A stretch of 61,927 nt of DNA, the filler included. It is 8 parts of 8 records of this genome, joined end to end, with 100 filler letters (N's around TTAATTAATTAA, not from the genome) between each part and the next. Parts side by side here need not be neighbours in the genome. Positions count along the whole stretch, not along the records: positions 1 to 8,691 come from SRR31147125_1379; positions 8,792 to 18,228 come from SRR31147125_1400; 6 more parts are not named here. One strand, 5' to 3'. Shown piece by piece: positions 1 through 14,118 of this stretch (position 1 is its first letter; each line of letters begins with the position of its first letter). The notes below the pieces were generated by a model. That model ran no database searches. It was not told the DNA's origin and saw only the letters and a list, made by a program, of their open reading frames with translations. Position numbers and translations under genes: made by a program.

Positions 1-1
1 A

Positions 2-708
2 ACTTTCCGCATTCGTATTGAAATGAAACAAATTGGCGCACGCCAGGAAGCCGGGCGAATTGGTGGTATTGGGCCCTGCGGACGTACATTGTGCTGTTCT
101 ACCTGGATGAGTAATTTTGTTTCGGTTACAACTAATTCGGCGCGTTACTATAAATTTCGCTAAATCCGCAAAAACTGGCCGGACAGTGCGGGAAACTAAA
201 GTGCTGTCTTAATTTTGAAGTGGACACTTATATTGATGTACAAAAAGATTTCCCGTCGAACAATATTCCGCTTGAAACAGAAAATGCAACTTATGGTTTC
301 CTGAAAGCTGATATTCTGGCAGGAATTTATTGGTATGCACAACGAGGCGATACGCCATCGGGTTTAATTGCTGTGCCTGTTAAGCGGGTGAAAGAAATTC
401 AACGCATGAACCGAAACGGCAAAAAGCCGGAAATATTGGTGACCGAAAAATATGAAACCGGAGTAAAACAAGTAGATACTTTCCATAATGTAGTGGGGCA
501 GGAAGATTTAACACGTTTTGATAAACCGAAACGGCAAAATCGCAGGAAGAGTAGAAGTGGAAAAAGAGGAACTCCGAGAAATGCAAATCAACAGCAGGAT
601 AAAAAACAGAATGCAGGCCCAAAACAACCGGAAGCTTCAAATACCGGAAGGCAAACAGGCTCATCGAGCCAACGTCGTAACCAAAAACGCAAACCCAGAA
701 GACGATAA
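2..708 (+). CDS. ricT: PSP1-domain / RicT (YaaT)-family protein, 5'-partial, frameshift near 150
   Basis: Frame 2 from 2 reads RIEMKQIGARQEAGRIGGIGPCGRTLCCSTW..ARY. After a 1-nt shift it continues SLNPQKLAGQCGKLKCCLNFE into ORF 220..708. These Cys motifs are diagnostic of PSP1/RicT. Confidence 0.9.
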
Positions 709-1179
709 ATGAAAAAGGTTTTTAGATTTTTGTTAGTAGTGGTAATTCCGCTGCTTTTTGCTGCATGTAATCAAAATTTGGTGTTCGAACATTATAAATC
801 AATCGAGCAGCAGAACTGGCATAAAGACTCTATATTGGTTTTTAATGTCGACATTAGTGATACCCTTCAGAACCACAATATATATTTTAATGTTCGGAAT
901 GATATAAATTACGAATACAGCAATTTATGGCTGTTTGTTGAAATTAAACAACCTAATGGAGAATCGTTAAACGACAAATTTGAGATTGCACTTGCCGATC
1001 GTTCGGGAAAATGGCTTGGAGAAGGATTGGGAGGAATTAGAAACCGTGAAGTTGTTTTTCGTAGAAATGTGTATTTTCCTGTTTCGGGAGAATATACAAT
1101 TTTGGTTAAGCAGGGAATGAGAGAAGAAGTATTATCCGGTATCAGCGATATTGGTGTAAGAATTGAAATAATGAATTAA
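709..1179 (+). CDS. gldH: Gliding motility lipoprotein GldH
   Basis: Lipobox LFAAC; motifs YEYSNLWLFV, LADRSGKWLGEG and QGMREEVLSGISDIGVRIE; follows PSP1 gene as usual in Bacteroidota. Confidence 0.9.
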   Translation: MKKVFRFLLVVVIPLLFAACNQNLVFEHYKSIEQQNWHKDSILVFNVDISDTLQNHNIYFNVRNDINYEYSNLWLFVEIKQPNGESLNDKFEIALADRSGKWLGEGLGGIRNREVVFRRNVYFPVSGEYTILVKQGMREEVLSGISDIGVRIEIMN

Positions 1180-1221
1180 GTTTCTTTTAATTAAAGAAAC
1201 ACGTATAATTTGTAACAAGAA

Positions 1222-1962
1222 GTGGGTAAAGGGAAGTTAAAGAAATTTAATGAAATGAAGGATTTTGAACACGTTGTTCAGGTTCCGTTTCATATTATCG
1301 AACACAACAATTTTCATTTAAAAGGAAAGTGGGCAAAAGAGTTTTTTAAGAATGATAATCCAATTATTCTTGAATTGGGTTGTGGTAAAGGTGAGTACAC
1401 CGTTGAACTGGCAGCTCAAAATCCGAACATTAATTATATTGGTGTTGATATAAAAGGTGCACGTTTGTGGAAAGGTGCAAAACAGGCAAAAGAACGCGAA
1501 TTAAAAAATGTTGGTTTTTTACGGACTAATATTGAGTTAATTACACAGTTTTTTGCCCAAGATGAAGTCGGGGAAATTTGGCTTACTTTTCCCGATCCAC
1601 AAATGAAAAGGGCACGCAAACGCCTTACATCTACAACCTTTCTGAATAAATACCGGAATTTTTTAAAGCCCGGAGGTATTATTCATCTGAAATGCGACAG
1701 TAATTATCAATACACTTACACGCGTACCATGGCTAATCTCAATAAATTTGAGATAATTGCAGAAACCGATAATTTGTACGAATGGGAGCATCTTACCGAT
1801 ATTTTGCGTATAAAAACCTATTACGAAAAACAATGGCTCGACCGTGGAATTACCAGTAAATATCTTGCTTTTATACCACACCGTGGCGAATATGTTGAAC
1901 CAACTGTAGAAATAAAGTACGACGAATACCGCAGTTTTGGAAGAACCGCCAGAGACCTGTAA
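1222..1962 (+). CDS. trmB: tRNA (guanine-N7)-methyltransferase
   Basis: LELGCGKG SAM motif, GVDIKGAR, WLTFPDPQ, TYYEK. Confidence 0.95.
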   Translation: MGKGKLKKFNEMKDFEHVVQVPFHIIEHNNFHLKGKWAKEFFKNDNPIILELGCGKGEYTVELAAQNPNINYIGVDIKGARLWKGAKQAKERELKNVGFLRTNIELITQFFAQDEVGEIWLTFPDPQMKRARKRLTSTTFLNKYRNFLKPGGIIHLKCDSNYQYTYTRTMANLNKFEIIAETDNLYEWEHLTDILRIKTYYEKQWLDRGITSKYLAFIPHRGEYVEPTVEIKYDEYRSFGRTARDL

Positions 1963-2079
1963 GAAATTAGGAATAGTGGAATATTAGAATGTTGAAATTT
2001 GTTTATTCTCAATGTTAACTTGGTCACAGCAAGTAACAATAATACCAGCATCAGGTTTTTAGCATCAAAAATCTAAAAC

Positions 2080-2418
2080 ATGAGTGATTTTTTCAACCAG
2101 GTTTACGAAGTGGCCAAACAAATACCGGCCGGAAGAGTGACTTCTTATGGAGCCATTGCAAAATACCTTGGTTCTCCGGGAGCTGCGCGAATGGTAGGCT
2201 GGGCAATGAATGCATGTAGTTCGCACCACGAATTTGTGCCGGCACACCGCGTTGTTAATCGAAACGGATTACTCACCGGGAAAAGTCATTTCGATAATCC
2301 GAATGCGATGAAAGAATTACTGGAAGCTGAAGGTTTGAAAATTGAAGGCGACCAGATTATCGATTTTAAGGAAAAGTTTTGGGATCCGATGTGTGAGTTG
2401 GATTTTGATGATGAGTGA
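2080..2418 (+). CDS. Alkyltransferase-like (ATL/MGMT-family) DNA-binding protein
   Basis: IPAGRVTSYGAIA, ARMVGWAM, and VPAHRVV (catalytic Cys of PCHRV replaced by Ala, as in ATL proteins). Confidence 0.9.
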   Translation: MSDFFNQVYEVAKQIPAGRVTSYGAIAKYLGSPGAARMVGWAMNACSSHHEFVPAHRVVNRNGLLTGKSHFDNPNAMKELLEAEGLKIEGDQIIDFKEKFWDPMCELDFDDE

Positions 2419-2489
2419 TGGTAAACAAATGCTCATTAGTAAAAAGACAATAATTTCACACCAAAAAGTGTTTTTTTAATTGCATTTAT

Positions 2490-2497
2490 TAAATTTG
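2490..2497 (+). promoter_or_regulatory. Bacteroidota housekeeping promoter -7 element upstream of mrp
   Basis: TAAATTTG matches TAnnTTTG, about 45 nt upstream of the ATG. Confidence 0.55.
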
Positions 2498-2541
2498 CAG
2501 TCTCAATTAGAAAGTAATCAATTGTATATAATAAATCTGAT

Positions 2542-3657
2542 ATGTCAGGAATACCAAAAAAAATGATAGTCCCAAAAGACGTTACCGATGCTTTACGCAC
2601 AGTAAACTTCCCGGGAAGCGAAGAAGATATTGTTACTCTTGAAATGCCGCAGGAAATTCGTATTGCCGGTAAGCGCGTTAGTTTTTCGTTGGTTTTTCAG
2701 AAAAGCGACGACCCAAATATTGAGTCGCTGATTTTAGAGTGCGAAAAAGCTATTAAAAAATACGTTGGCGAGGACGTTGAAATTGAGGATAATATTTCGG
2801 TGAAATTTATTCACGATATGGAACGCCCGGTACTTCCAAATGTAAAAAATATTATTGCTGTTGCATCGGGTAAAGGTGGTGTTGGTAAATCAACCGTCGC
2901 TGTAAACCTTGCTGTTGCATTGGCAAATTCAGGAGCAAAAGTTGGTTTATTAGATGCCGATATTTTTGGCCCCTCTATTCCAAAAATGTTTGGAGCCGAA
3001 GACCAGCGTCCTTCCGGTATTAAAATTGATGGTCGCGAAATGATTCAGCCTCTTGAAAAATACGGAGTTAAGTTTCTTTCGGTTGGCTTTTTTGTTGATA
3101 CCGACAGCGCAATTATCTGGCGCGGACCAATGGCGTCGAATGCACTGAAACAGTTAATAATGGAAGGCGATTGGGGCGAATTGGATTATTTGCTAATTGA
3201 TCTGCCTCCGGGCACAAGCGATATTCACCTTACTTTGGTGCAATCGGTTCCGGTAACTGGCGCTGTAATTGTAACCACTCCGCAAGATGTTGCTTTGGCC
3301 GATGTGGTACGCGGAACTAGCATGTTCCAAAGTAAATCAATCGATGTTCCTGTGTTAGGGTTGGTTGAAAATATGGCATGGTTTACACCTGAAGAATTAC
3401 CGGAAAATAAATATTACATTTTCGGAAAAGAAGGCGGTAAAAAGCTGGCCGACAAGCTTGGTTTACCATTGCTTGGGCAAATTCCAATTGTTCAAAGTAT
3501 TCGCGAAGGAGGCGATTCAGGAAATCCAATTGCCAACGAAAGCGAATCAATTACCGGTGTTTCGTTCTCCGAAGTTGCTGAAAGTATGAAGCAACGCGTT
3601 CATGTGCGTAACATTCAAAAAGCACCAACTAAAAAGGTGAAAGTAACACGGCAATAA
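2542..3657 (+). CDS. mrp: Mrp/NBP35 (ApbC) Fe-S cluster carrier ATPase
   Basis: ASGKGGVGKST, DADIFGPSIP, WRGPMA, DLPPGTSD, VENM. Confidence 0.95.
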   Translation: MSGIPKKMIVPKDVTDALRTVNFPGSEEDIVTLEMPQEIRIAGKRVSFSLVFQKSDDPNIESLILECEKAIKKYVGEDVEIEDNISVKFIHDMERPVLPNVKNIIAVASGKGGVGKSTVAVNLAVALANSGAKVGLLDADIFGPSIPKMFGAEDQRPSGIKIDGREMIQPLEKYGVKFLSVGFFVDTDSAIIWRGPMASNALKQLIMEGDWGELDYLLIDLPPGTSDIHLTLVQSVPVTGAVIVTTPQDVALADVVRGTSMFQSKSIDVPVLGLVENMAWFTPEELPENKYYIFGKEGGKKLADKLGLPLLGQIPIVQSIREGGDSGNPIANESESITGVSFSEVAESMKQRVHVRNIQKAPTKKVKVTRQ

Positions 3658-3684
3658 ATCTCAAAGATTTCATACTTAATTCAT

Positions 3685-3747
3685 AAATAAATTCCAATTA
3701 CCATTCATCAATTTTCAAAAAAATGGTATTGGAATTTATTTGTTTTT
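3685..3747 (+). terminator. Long inverted repeat, probable terminator after mrp
   Basis: AAATAAATTCCAATTACCATT ... AATGGTATTGGAATTTATTT followed by a T run. Confidence 0.5.
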
Positions 3748-3823
3748 TAGAGCTTGATTTATGGGATTTTACTTCTCAAATGAAATTACTTCCCCAATCA
3801 AAATGCACCCATTCATTTTTTCT

Positions 3824-3831
3824 TATTTTTG
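3824..3831 (+). promoter_or_regulatory. Bacteroidota -7 promoter element upstream of sprE/porW
   Basis: TATTTTTG(CA) matches TAnnTTTG. Confidence 0.5.
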
Positions 3832-3918
3832 CAGCGCTTAAGTAACTAATAAATTGAGGGTAAACGAACAATATTCTTTTGATTATTGAGTTTATTCTTA
3901 GAGTTAATACATATCTGC

Positions 3919-6900
3919 TTGAAGAAACTAATTTTACATAGCATATCGTTTGTTCTACTGGTCTTAATTTTTGCTGGTTGTACAACAGAAAAGAATACCC
4001 GCGCATCTCGTGCCTATCATAACGTAACCTCGAAGTATAATGTCTATTTTAATGCCAACGAAAGTGTTAAAGCAGGTTTGCTTAGCATCGACGAACGCAT
4101 TGAAGACGATTTTACACGAATTTTGCCCATTTACAAAGAAAGTGATCCGTCGGCCGGAAAAATGGTAAAGTCGGATATGGACTATGCTGTGGTGAAGTGT
4201 TCGAAACTTATTGAGGTTCATTCAATAACAAAAAAGCCAAAGCGTAAAAAGAAACGTACCCGCCGTTACTATAATTTGCAAGCCAGGAGGAATTCAATAA
4301 ATGGATTGACGATGGTTATTTGTTAATGGGGCAAGCCTATTTTTATCAGCAAAATTATTACGCTGCCATCGAGAATTTATCGTATGTGGTGCGGAAATAT
4401 CCGCAAGAAGAAACTGCCGATGAAGCGCAAATCTGGTTAATTAGGGCCTACACTCAGTTGCAACGATATGTTGAGGCAAATGAAGTGATTCAGGCAGTTC
4501 AGGCTTATGAAAGTTTTCCTAAAAAACTGGAACACGATCTTGCTGTTGCAACAGCAGATTATTACGTTCAGCAAGAGGAATATGGCGATGCCATTCGAAT
4601 GCTTAACATTGCTATAAAAAAGACAATCTGGAAGAAAAAGAAAGCACGTTTGCTTTATATCGTAGCTCAATTATACCAGGAATTAGGTCAATCTTCAATG
4701 GCTGCAAAAGCCTTTGCCGATGTGGCTCGCATGAGTCCTGATTATAAAATGGCTTTCAACGCAAAAATTAATGCAGCAGGAGTTTTTTCGGAGCAAGGCA
4801 ACACTGCCGAGCAAAAGAAAGAGTTGAATAAAATGCTGCGCGATAAAAAGAATATCGATTTTAGAGACCAGATTTATTACGCACTTGGGAATGTTTATTT
4901 CCGCGAAGGAAATCGCTCGCAGGCCAAAGAAAATTACCGGCTTTCGGTTTCAACAAGTTTTAATAATCAGTTTCAACGAGCTCTTTCGTCTATTACTTTG
5001 GCCGATTTACATTTCGAAGATTTGAACTATCGTGGTGCCCAATCGTACTACGACAGTGCAATGATAATTATTGATGAAACTTATCCTGATTACGAAAATG
5101 TTTCGGAGCGATATACAAGTCTTACAAATTTAGTAGACAATTTGTTGCTGGTTGAACGTGAAGATAGTTTGCAAAAAGTAGCGCAAATGCCTGAAAAAGA
5201 GCGCGAAGCTTTAATCGCCCGCTTAATGCAGGAAGAGCAGGAGCGTATGCGAAACATGGAAAATCTGGCTACGCAGGGAGCACAAAGCAGCGGATATTAT
5301 CGGTCTAACAGATATCGCATGGGAATGGGAAGTAGTGGAGGTACCGAATGGTATTTTTATAATTCGCAAACTGTGTCGTACGGACAGGTAACTTTCCAGC
5401 AGCAATGGGGAAGAAGGAAGCTTGAAGACGACTGGCGACGTTCGGATAAAAACACGATGTCGATGGATGAGCTGGAGGAAGTTGCCGAAGAAGCCGAGCC
5501 GGAAGTTCAGCGAGTAGAAGATCCATTGAAAAAGGAATTTTATACACAGGATTTGCCTTTAACTGATTCGATGATGACTGTATCTCACGAAAGAATTAGA
5601 GATGCTTTGTACACCGCCGGAAGAATATTCAAAACCGAATTTGAAAACTATTCTCGTTCAGCAGAATCGTTCGAAGACCTTAATAAAAGATATCCTGAAA
5701 ATATTTATTTGTTGTCGGCCTATTTCGATTTGTACGATTTGTATGAGTTGCTGGGCGACAAGCAAAAATCGGATTATTATCGCAACCTGATTATTGCTAA
5801 TTTCCCGCGCAGTAAATATGCACAATACCTGCAAAATCCTAATTTCTTTATCGAAATGGAAGCACGTCAGGATAGTCTTAACCATTTGTATCAGGAAACT
5901 TTCAGAAATTATAAGGCCGGGCGTTACCGCAATGTTCTTTCGTTAATCGGAAATATGAAAAGGATGAAACCTGATACCATTATTGCGCCTAAAATTGACT
6001 TTATGCAATCTGTAGCCAGGGGAACGCAATTGGATATGGTTGGTTTCGAAAATGAATTGAAAAACTATCTGAATAAGTACCCGGAGAAAGAACCTTCTCC
6101 ATTGGCAAAAGAAATTCTTTCGCTGATTCAGGACAGTACTCTGGCCGACTATCAGAAGTTGGTTGAAATGGGTTATATTAACGAAGAAATACAAAACGAG
6201 GAATTACTCGACGGAAGTCTTGTTGATGACGAATTTGGAGGGAAGTTTTCTTACGAAGAAGATTTACTTCACTATTTTGTAATTGCCTATCCGCGCGAGG
6301 ATGAAAAGAAAATTGATATCAACCGTTTGAAATTTGACATTGCCAATTACAACATCGACCATTACACCAAAATCGATTACGATATTGAAACAGAAAATCT
6401 GGATGAAAACCTCTCGTTTGTATTGGTTCGTTCAATGCAAAACAAAGAGAATGCATTAATTTACCACGGTGCGGTTATCAGAAAGGCAGCAGTGTTTAAA
6501 ACATTGAGAGATGTTGATTACATGAATTTTGTAATCTCGTCGACCAATTACCGGGCTATTAAAGAAGAGAAGTCGATTGCTGATTACCTGAAATTCTTCG
6601 TGAAGAACTACAGCCGCTTTATTCGTTCGAACTTTAGTGAAGACGATTTGGATATTTCTCCTGAAGAATTAATGGCTCGTGCCGCAGCCGAAGACAATGC
6701 TCTGAAAGAGAAAGGACGTTTTGTGTCGGTAAGTACAGTTGTTCCGGGCATGTTTAATCCTGCTGTTGATACAACTCAGAATTTTGTGTTGGCAGTAAAA
6801 GACAAAGGCAAATCGTTACGCAAAATACTTACTGGTTTTACCGATTTTAACAGAAAAGAATTCAGACCATGGAGCCTTGGAATGAAGTTAAAACAAACCG

Positions 6901-7604
6901 ACGAGTACCAGTTGGTTGTTGCTAACGGCATCCCATCGTTAAACCAGGCAATGTCGTACTTCCGTAAAGTATTAACAACACGAAGTTTGTATTCTTCGTT
7001 AGGAGAGGTTACGTATAAAGCTTTCCTTGTAACCGATGAAAACTTGCAGACATTAACCGAAATGAATAAAGTTGATGATTACATGAGTTTCTTCCGCGAG
7101 AATTATACTCAACGTCGCAAGAGTTCTTCTGCAGGTAGTACAACCGGAACCACATCAACACAAAGCACTCAAATTTCTACAACAACAACTCAGCAGTCTG
7201 CACAGGCCACAGAGCCGGTTGAAGTTAGCGGGCCTTATAATTCAACTATCGAAGGCGAACACAAGGTTGTATTTGTTATTCCGGCAGAAGGGATAAACAG
7301 AGATGCATTTGTTAGTGGAATTAAGCGTTACAATAAGGAAAACTTTGCATCGTCAGGTTTTACCATTGAAGAAAAAGCACTCGATGCTGTGCGCTATTTG
7401 GTAATAGTTCAGGGGATGAAGGATGGTGAAACTGCACGTAAATATTTCGACAACGTTAAGCGAACACGTACATTATTTGCTCCGCTTAACAATGCCGAAT
7501 ACCGAAACTTCCTAATTTCAAATGCCAACTTCGAAATATTCCTGAACGAGAAGAATATTGCGGAATACATGGATTTCTACAAGAAAGTTTATCTGGCCCA
7601 GTAA
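3919..7604 (+). CDS. sprE: Type IX secretion TPR lipoprotein SprE/PorW, frameshift near 4274 joining ORFs 3886..4326 and 4320..7604
   Basis: Lipobox IFAGC; YHNVTSKYNVYFNA; after the shift KWIDDGYLLMGQAYFY; TPR repeats; WYFYN..FQQQWGRRKLEDDWRRS. Confidence 0.85.
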
Positions 7605-7833
7605 GAAAAGGCAATAGGCTAAAGGAGCTGAGTAATTTTAGAACTCTGACGGATTTGGGTGGTTAAAGTTTGTTAACCACATACTAACCCGGCACTTTAT
7701 TTGTTTATATCTTAAACCACAGAAAATTAGAAACATGATAATGAAACGAGCATAATAAAAACTCATTTAAAAATACAAGATGATGATTATGCGAGTTACA
7801 TTAGTTACCATAAAAGTAAATAATTATAAACGA

Positions 7834-8691
7834 ATGAATAAGCCAAGAATTCTTTGGACCGACGACGAAATAGATCTTTTACGTGCACACATTATATTTT
7901 TAGAAGAAAAAGGATATGAAGTAGACACCGCAACCAACGGGCTTGATGCCATTGAAAAGGTTAGTGAGAGTTTCTATGATATAATTTTTCTTGATGAAAA
8001 TATGCCGGGATTAACGGGTCTCGAAACGCTTACAAAAATTAAGAATATTTCGCCTAATATTCCGGTAATAATGATTACCAAAAGCGAGGAAGAAAATATT
8101 ATGGATGAGGCAATTGGTGCTAAAATTGCCGACTACCTTATAAAGCCTGTTAATCCGAAACAAATTCTTCTTAGTATAAAAAAGAATATCGACCAAAAAC
8201 GCTTGGTAACCGAACAAACCACATCGAAATACCAGATGCAATTTGCACAAATAGGTATGCAAATTGGCGATCGTTTAACCTTCGAAGAGTGGAAAGAAAT
8301 CTACAAAAAATTGGTGTATTGGGAACTGGAGCTGAGCGGATCTGAAGATTCGGCGATGGACCAAATCCTGGCTATGCAAAAGGAAGAAGCCAATAAAGCA
8401 TTCTTCAAATATGTAAAGGAGAATTATGAAGGTTGGTTTTCGGGAGATTCAGAACGACCAATGATGTCGCCTGATATTTTTAAGAATCGCGTTTTTCCGC
8501 AGCTCGATAAGGGAAAGAAAACCTTTGTTTTGGTAATCGATAATCTTCGTTACGACCAGTGGCGTATTTTTAGCCCGGTTATTAACGAGTATTTTAATAC
8601 CGATGCTGAAGAGTTGTTCTGCAGCATTTTACCCACTGCAACAATGTATGCCCGAAACGCGATGTTTGCCGGTTTAATGCCTTCTGAAATA
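7834..8691 (+). CDS. porX: PorX response regulator (receiver + PglZ domain), 3'-partial
   Basis: ILWTDDEIDLL, FLDENMPG, ITKSEEE, VIDNLRYDQW, ILPTATMYARNA; runs into the spacer. Confidence 0.92.
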
Positions 8692-8791
8692 NNNNNNNNN
8701 NNNNNNNNNNNNNNNNNNNNNNNNNNNNNNNNNNNTTAATTAATTAANNNNNNNNNNNNNNNNNNNNNNNNNNNNNNNNNNNNNNNNNNNN
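8692..8791. other. Artificial contig spacer
   Basis: 44 N + TTAATTAATTAA (stop codons in all six frames) + 44 N. Confidence 0.99.
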
Positions 8792-8793
8792 TT

Positions 8794-9867
8794 TTTGAAA
8801 ATACTAATTTAAATATAATATACATATATTATAAAAACAATAGCCTGAAACCTAATAATTCAAAAACTTTAACAAACTTTATTGTAGATAGTAATAACAG
8901 ACTTGCTTTAGCTGGTGTTGATAGTATTTTTTCTAGTAAGAATAATTATAATCCTATATATTTACACGCAAAACCGGGTTATGGAAAATCACACCTTTTA
9001 AATGGGATTGCATTAAAATATAAAGAAGTATATCCTGATAAAAATATTTGTTATTTAGATAGTAATATATTTATAGATCAATATAAAAATTCTGCTTTAA
9101 CCAATAATATACCTCTATGGCATAATAACATTTTAAACTCGAATTTATTTATTCTTGATAATATTCATAAACTAAAAAACAACACTTCTGTCATTGATGA
9201 ATTTAATATACTTTTTGATGAGTTATATGATAGAAATATACCTATAATAATTAGCTCAGATACTATTGCTGAAAATCTTGATTCTTTTCCTGATTCTCTT
9301 ATAAGTAAATTACAATGGGATTTAAAACTTGAAATTTACTCTGACAATAAATATAAAAAAAATAACTATATACAATATTGTTTTAATAAAAATAATAAGA
9401 TCGTAAATGAAGAAATTATATCGTATATATCTGAAAATTTTAATAAAAACTATCGTGAATTAAATGGAATTATAAATACTATTATTTTTTATGCTGATAC
9501 TTCAAGCAAACCTATTACAATTGGTTTAGTAAATGAGATATTTAAAAAGAAACAGCATCTTAATAATATTTCATATACAATTAACAATACAGATATTATT
9601 GATATAGTTTGCAAGTATTTTAAAATTAATGTTGTTTCTATTAAATCTAAAAAAAGATCAAGAATAATTGCCTATCCTAGACAGATTGGAATGTATTTAA
9701 CCAAAAAACATACTAATTTATCACTTGAAGAAATAGGAAAGGCTTTTGGTGGAAGGGATCATAGTACTGTAAAACATGCTATTGAAAAAATTAAATCCTT
9801 GTTGAATAGTGATAATAAAACAAAACAGATAATTAATAATATAAATACTATAATAGAAGATAAATAA
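8794..9867 (+). CDS. dnaA: Divergent chromosomal replication initiator DnaA, 5'-partial (absent from the ORF track)
   Basis: My translation of frame 1, open from the contig edge: NFIVDSNNRLA, YNPIYLHAKPGYGKSHLL, FILDNIH, NYRELNG, and domain IV PRQIGMYL..SLEEIGKAFGGRDHSTVKHA. Lies upstream of dnaN. Confidence 0.9.
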   Translation, partial: FENTNLNIIYIYYKNNSLKPNNSKTLTNFIVDSNNRLALAGVDSIFSSKNNYNPIYLHAKPGYGKSHLLNGIALKYKEVYPDKNICYLDSNIFIDQYKNSALTNNIPLWHNNILNSNLFILDNIHKLKNNTSVIDEFNILFDELYDRNIPIIISSDTIAENLDSFPDSLISKLQWDLKLEIYSDNKYKKNNYIQYCFNKNNKIVNEEIISYISENFNKNYRELNGIINTIIFYADTSSKPITIGLVNEIFKKKQHLNNISYTINNTDIIDIVCKYFKINVVSIKSKKRSRIIAYPRQIGMYLTKKHTNLSLEEIGKAFGGRDHSTVKHAIEKIKSLLNSDNKTKQIINNINTIIEDK

Positions 9868-10130
9868 TAAATACTATAATTTATCTTCTGTTTATTATAA
9901 TTGATAATTAGCTGAGAATAGAACATGATCTGAACATAAATATTAAATACTGATCTCAACATTACATAAAGTTAGAGTATAAAAGTTAAGAACACTACAT
10001 TGAAATAAATCATATAACTTAAATAATAATAATATTATAGAAAAAAAATTTAATTAAACTCTACAATATATTATTACTTAATATATAATAATATTTTATT
10101 TAAAAGATAATATATTAAAGGAGATATAAG

Positions 10131-11226
10131 ATGAAATTTACCTGTTCAAGGTACCTTTTTAGCAGAAGCACTTAATTTGGTAAATAACGTTATTCCTAAT
10201 AAAGCAGTAAAACCAGTCTTACAAAATGTTCAAATTATTGGAAACGCTAATAATACTATTACACTTATAGGTACAGATTTAGAAATAGGTATTTCGTATA
10301 CTATAGAGGTAGATGAAATTATAGATCCTGATACTATTCTGGTATCTGCAAATAGATTATTAGGCATTGTATCAGAGGATAAATCAGAATCTATCTCATT
10401 TGAAATATATGAAGATTCTGCTAAAATGATAACCAGTAGAGGTGAATTCAGCTTTTCTGTAGCTATGGATGAAGAATATCCTAAAATATCTGAGTTGACA
10501 GAGAATAATATTTTTGAAATTCCTGGAGATGCATTAAATGATGCTATAAGTAAGACCGAGTTTGCAACAGCCAAAGGAGATACCAGATATGCTTTAAATG
10601 GTATTTGTGTTAATATTTTGGGTGACTCTATCGATTTTGTTGCAAGTGATACTCATAGATTATCAAAAGTTAATAAAAAGATAAATAATATTAATGCAGA
10701 AAATGGACAGTATATAATTATAACAAAAGGCATGAAAGAACTTGCAAAGTTAGCAGCAGGTGAAGAAGTTATAACTATACAGTTATCAAATAACGAAATG
10801 GTAGCTAAGTCATCAAAAGCATTGATTGTTACTAGACTTGTAGAAGGTCAATTTCCAAATTATAATAATGTTATTCCTGCTGAAGCAGTTGTGGATGTGA
10901 CTATGAAAAGAGATGAAATAATTCATGGGATGCGTTTAGTCGGTAAAATGAGCAATGAGGAATCTCATTCTATCAGATTTAATTCTGCAAATAATAAGTT
11001 GAACCTTTCTGCTATGACTGGAAATATTGGATCGGGAAAACAAGAATATGAAGTGGTTATTAATGGCGGAGAAATTAGTACTAATTTTAATTATAACTAT
11101 ATGATAGATGCTTTAAAATCATTCAATAGTTCTGAGCTGGTATTGTTATTTAAAAGTAATGATGCGCCTGTAAAAATTATTGAAGGTGATTATGTACATA
11201 TTGTGATGCCTATTACTACAAAATAA
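10131..11226 (+). CDS. dnaN: DNA polymerase III beta clamp, 1-nt frameshift near 10142
   Basis: RBS AAGGAG then ATG 10131 (MKFT..); GTDLEI, TRYALNG, ASDTHRL, LVEGQFPNYNNVIP, IVMPI. Confidence 0.95.
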
Positions 11227-11227
11227 A

Positions 11228-14069
<2,842 letters not shown>

Positions 14070-14118
14070 CCTATATAATTAGAAATTTATAATTATCTTT
14101 AGAAAGTACAATTGAATT

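Noticed and set aside
8736-8747. Recurrent TTAATTAATTAA as a biological repeat or att site
   Set aside because: Always centred in 88 Ns; it is an artificial six-frame-stop linker.
9759-9962. 67-aa hydrophobic minus-strand ORF
   Set aside because: Antisense to the dnaA 3' end in extremely AT-rich DNA; likely spurious.
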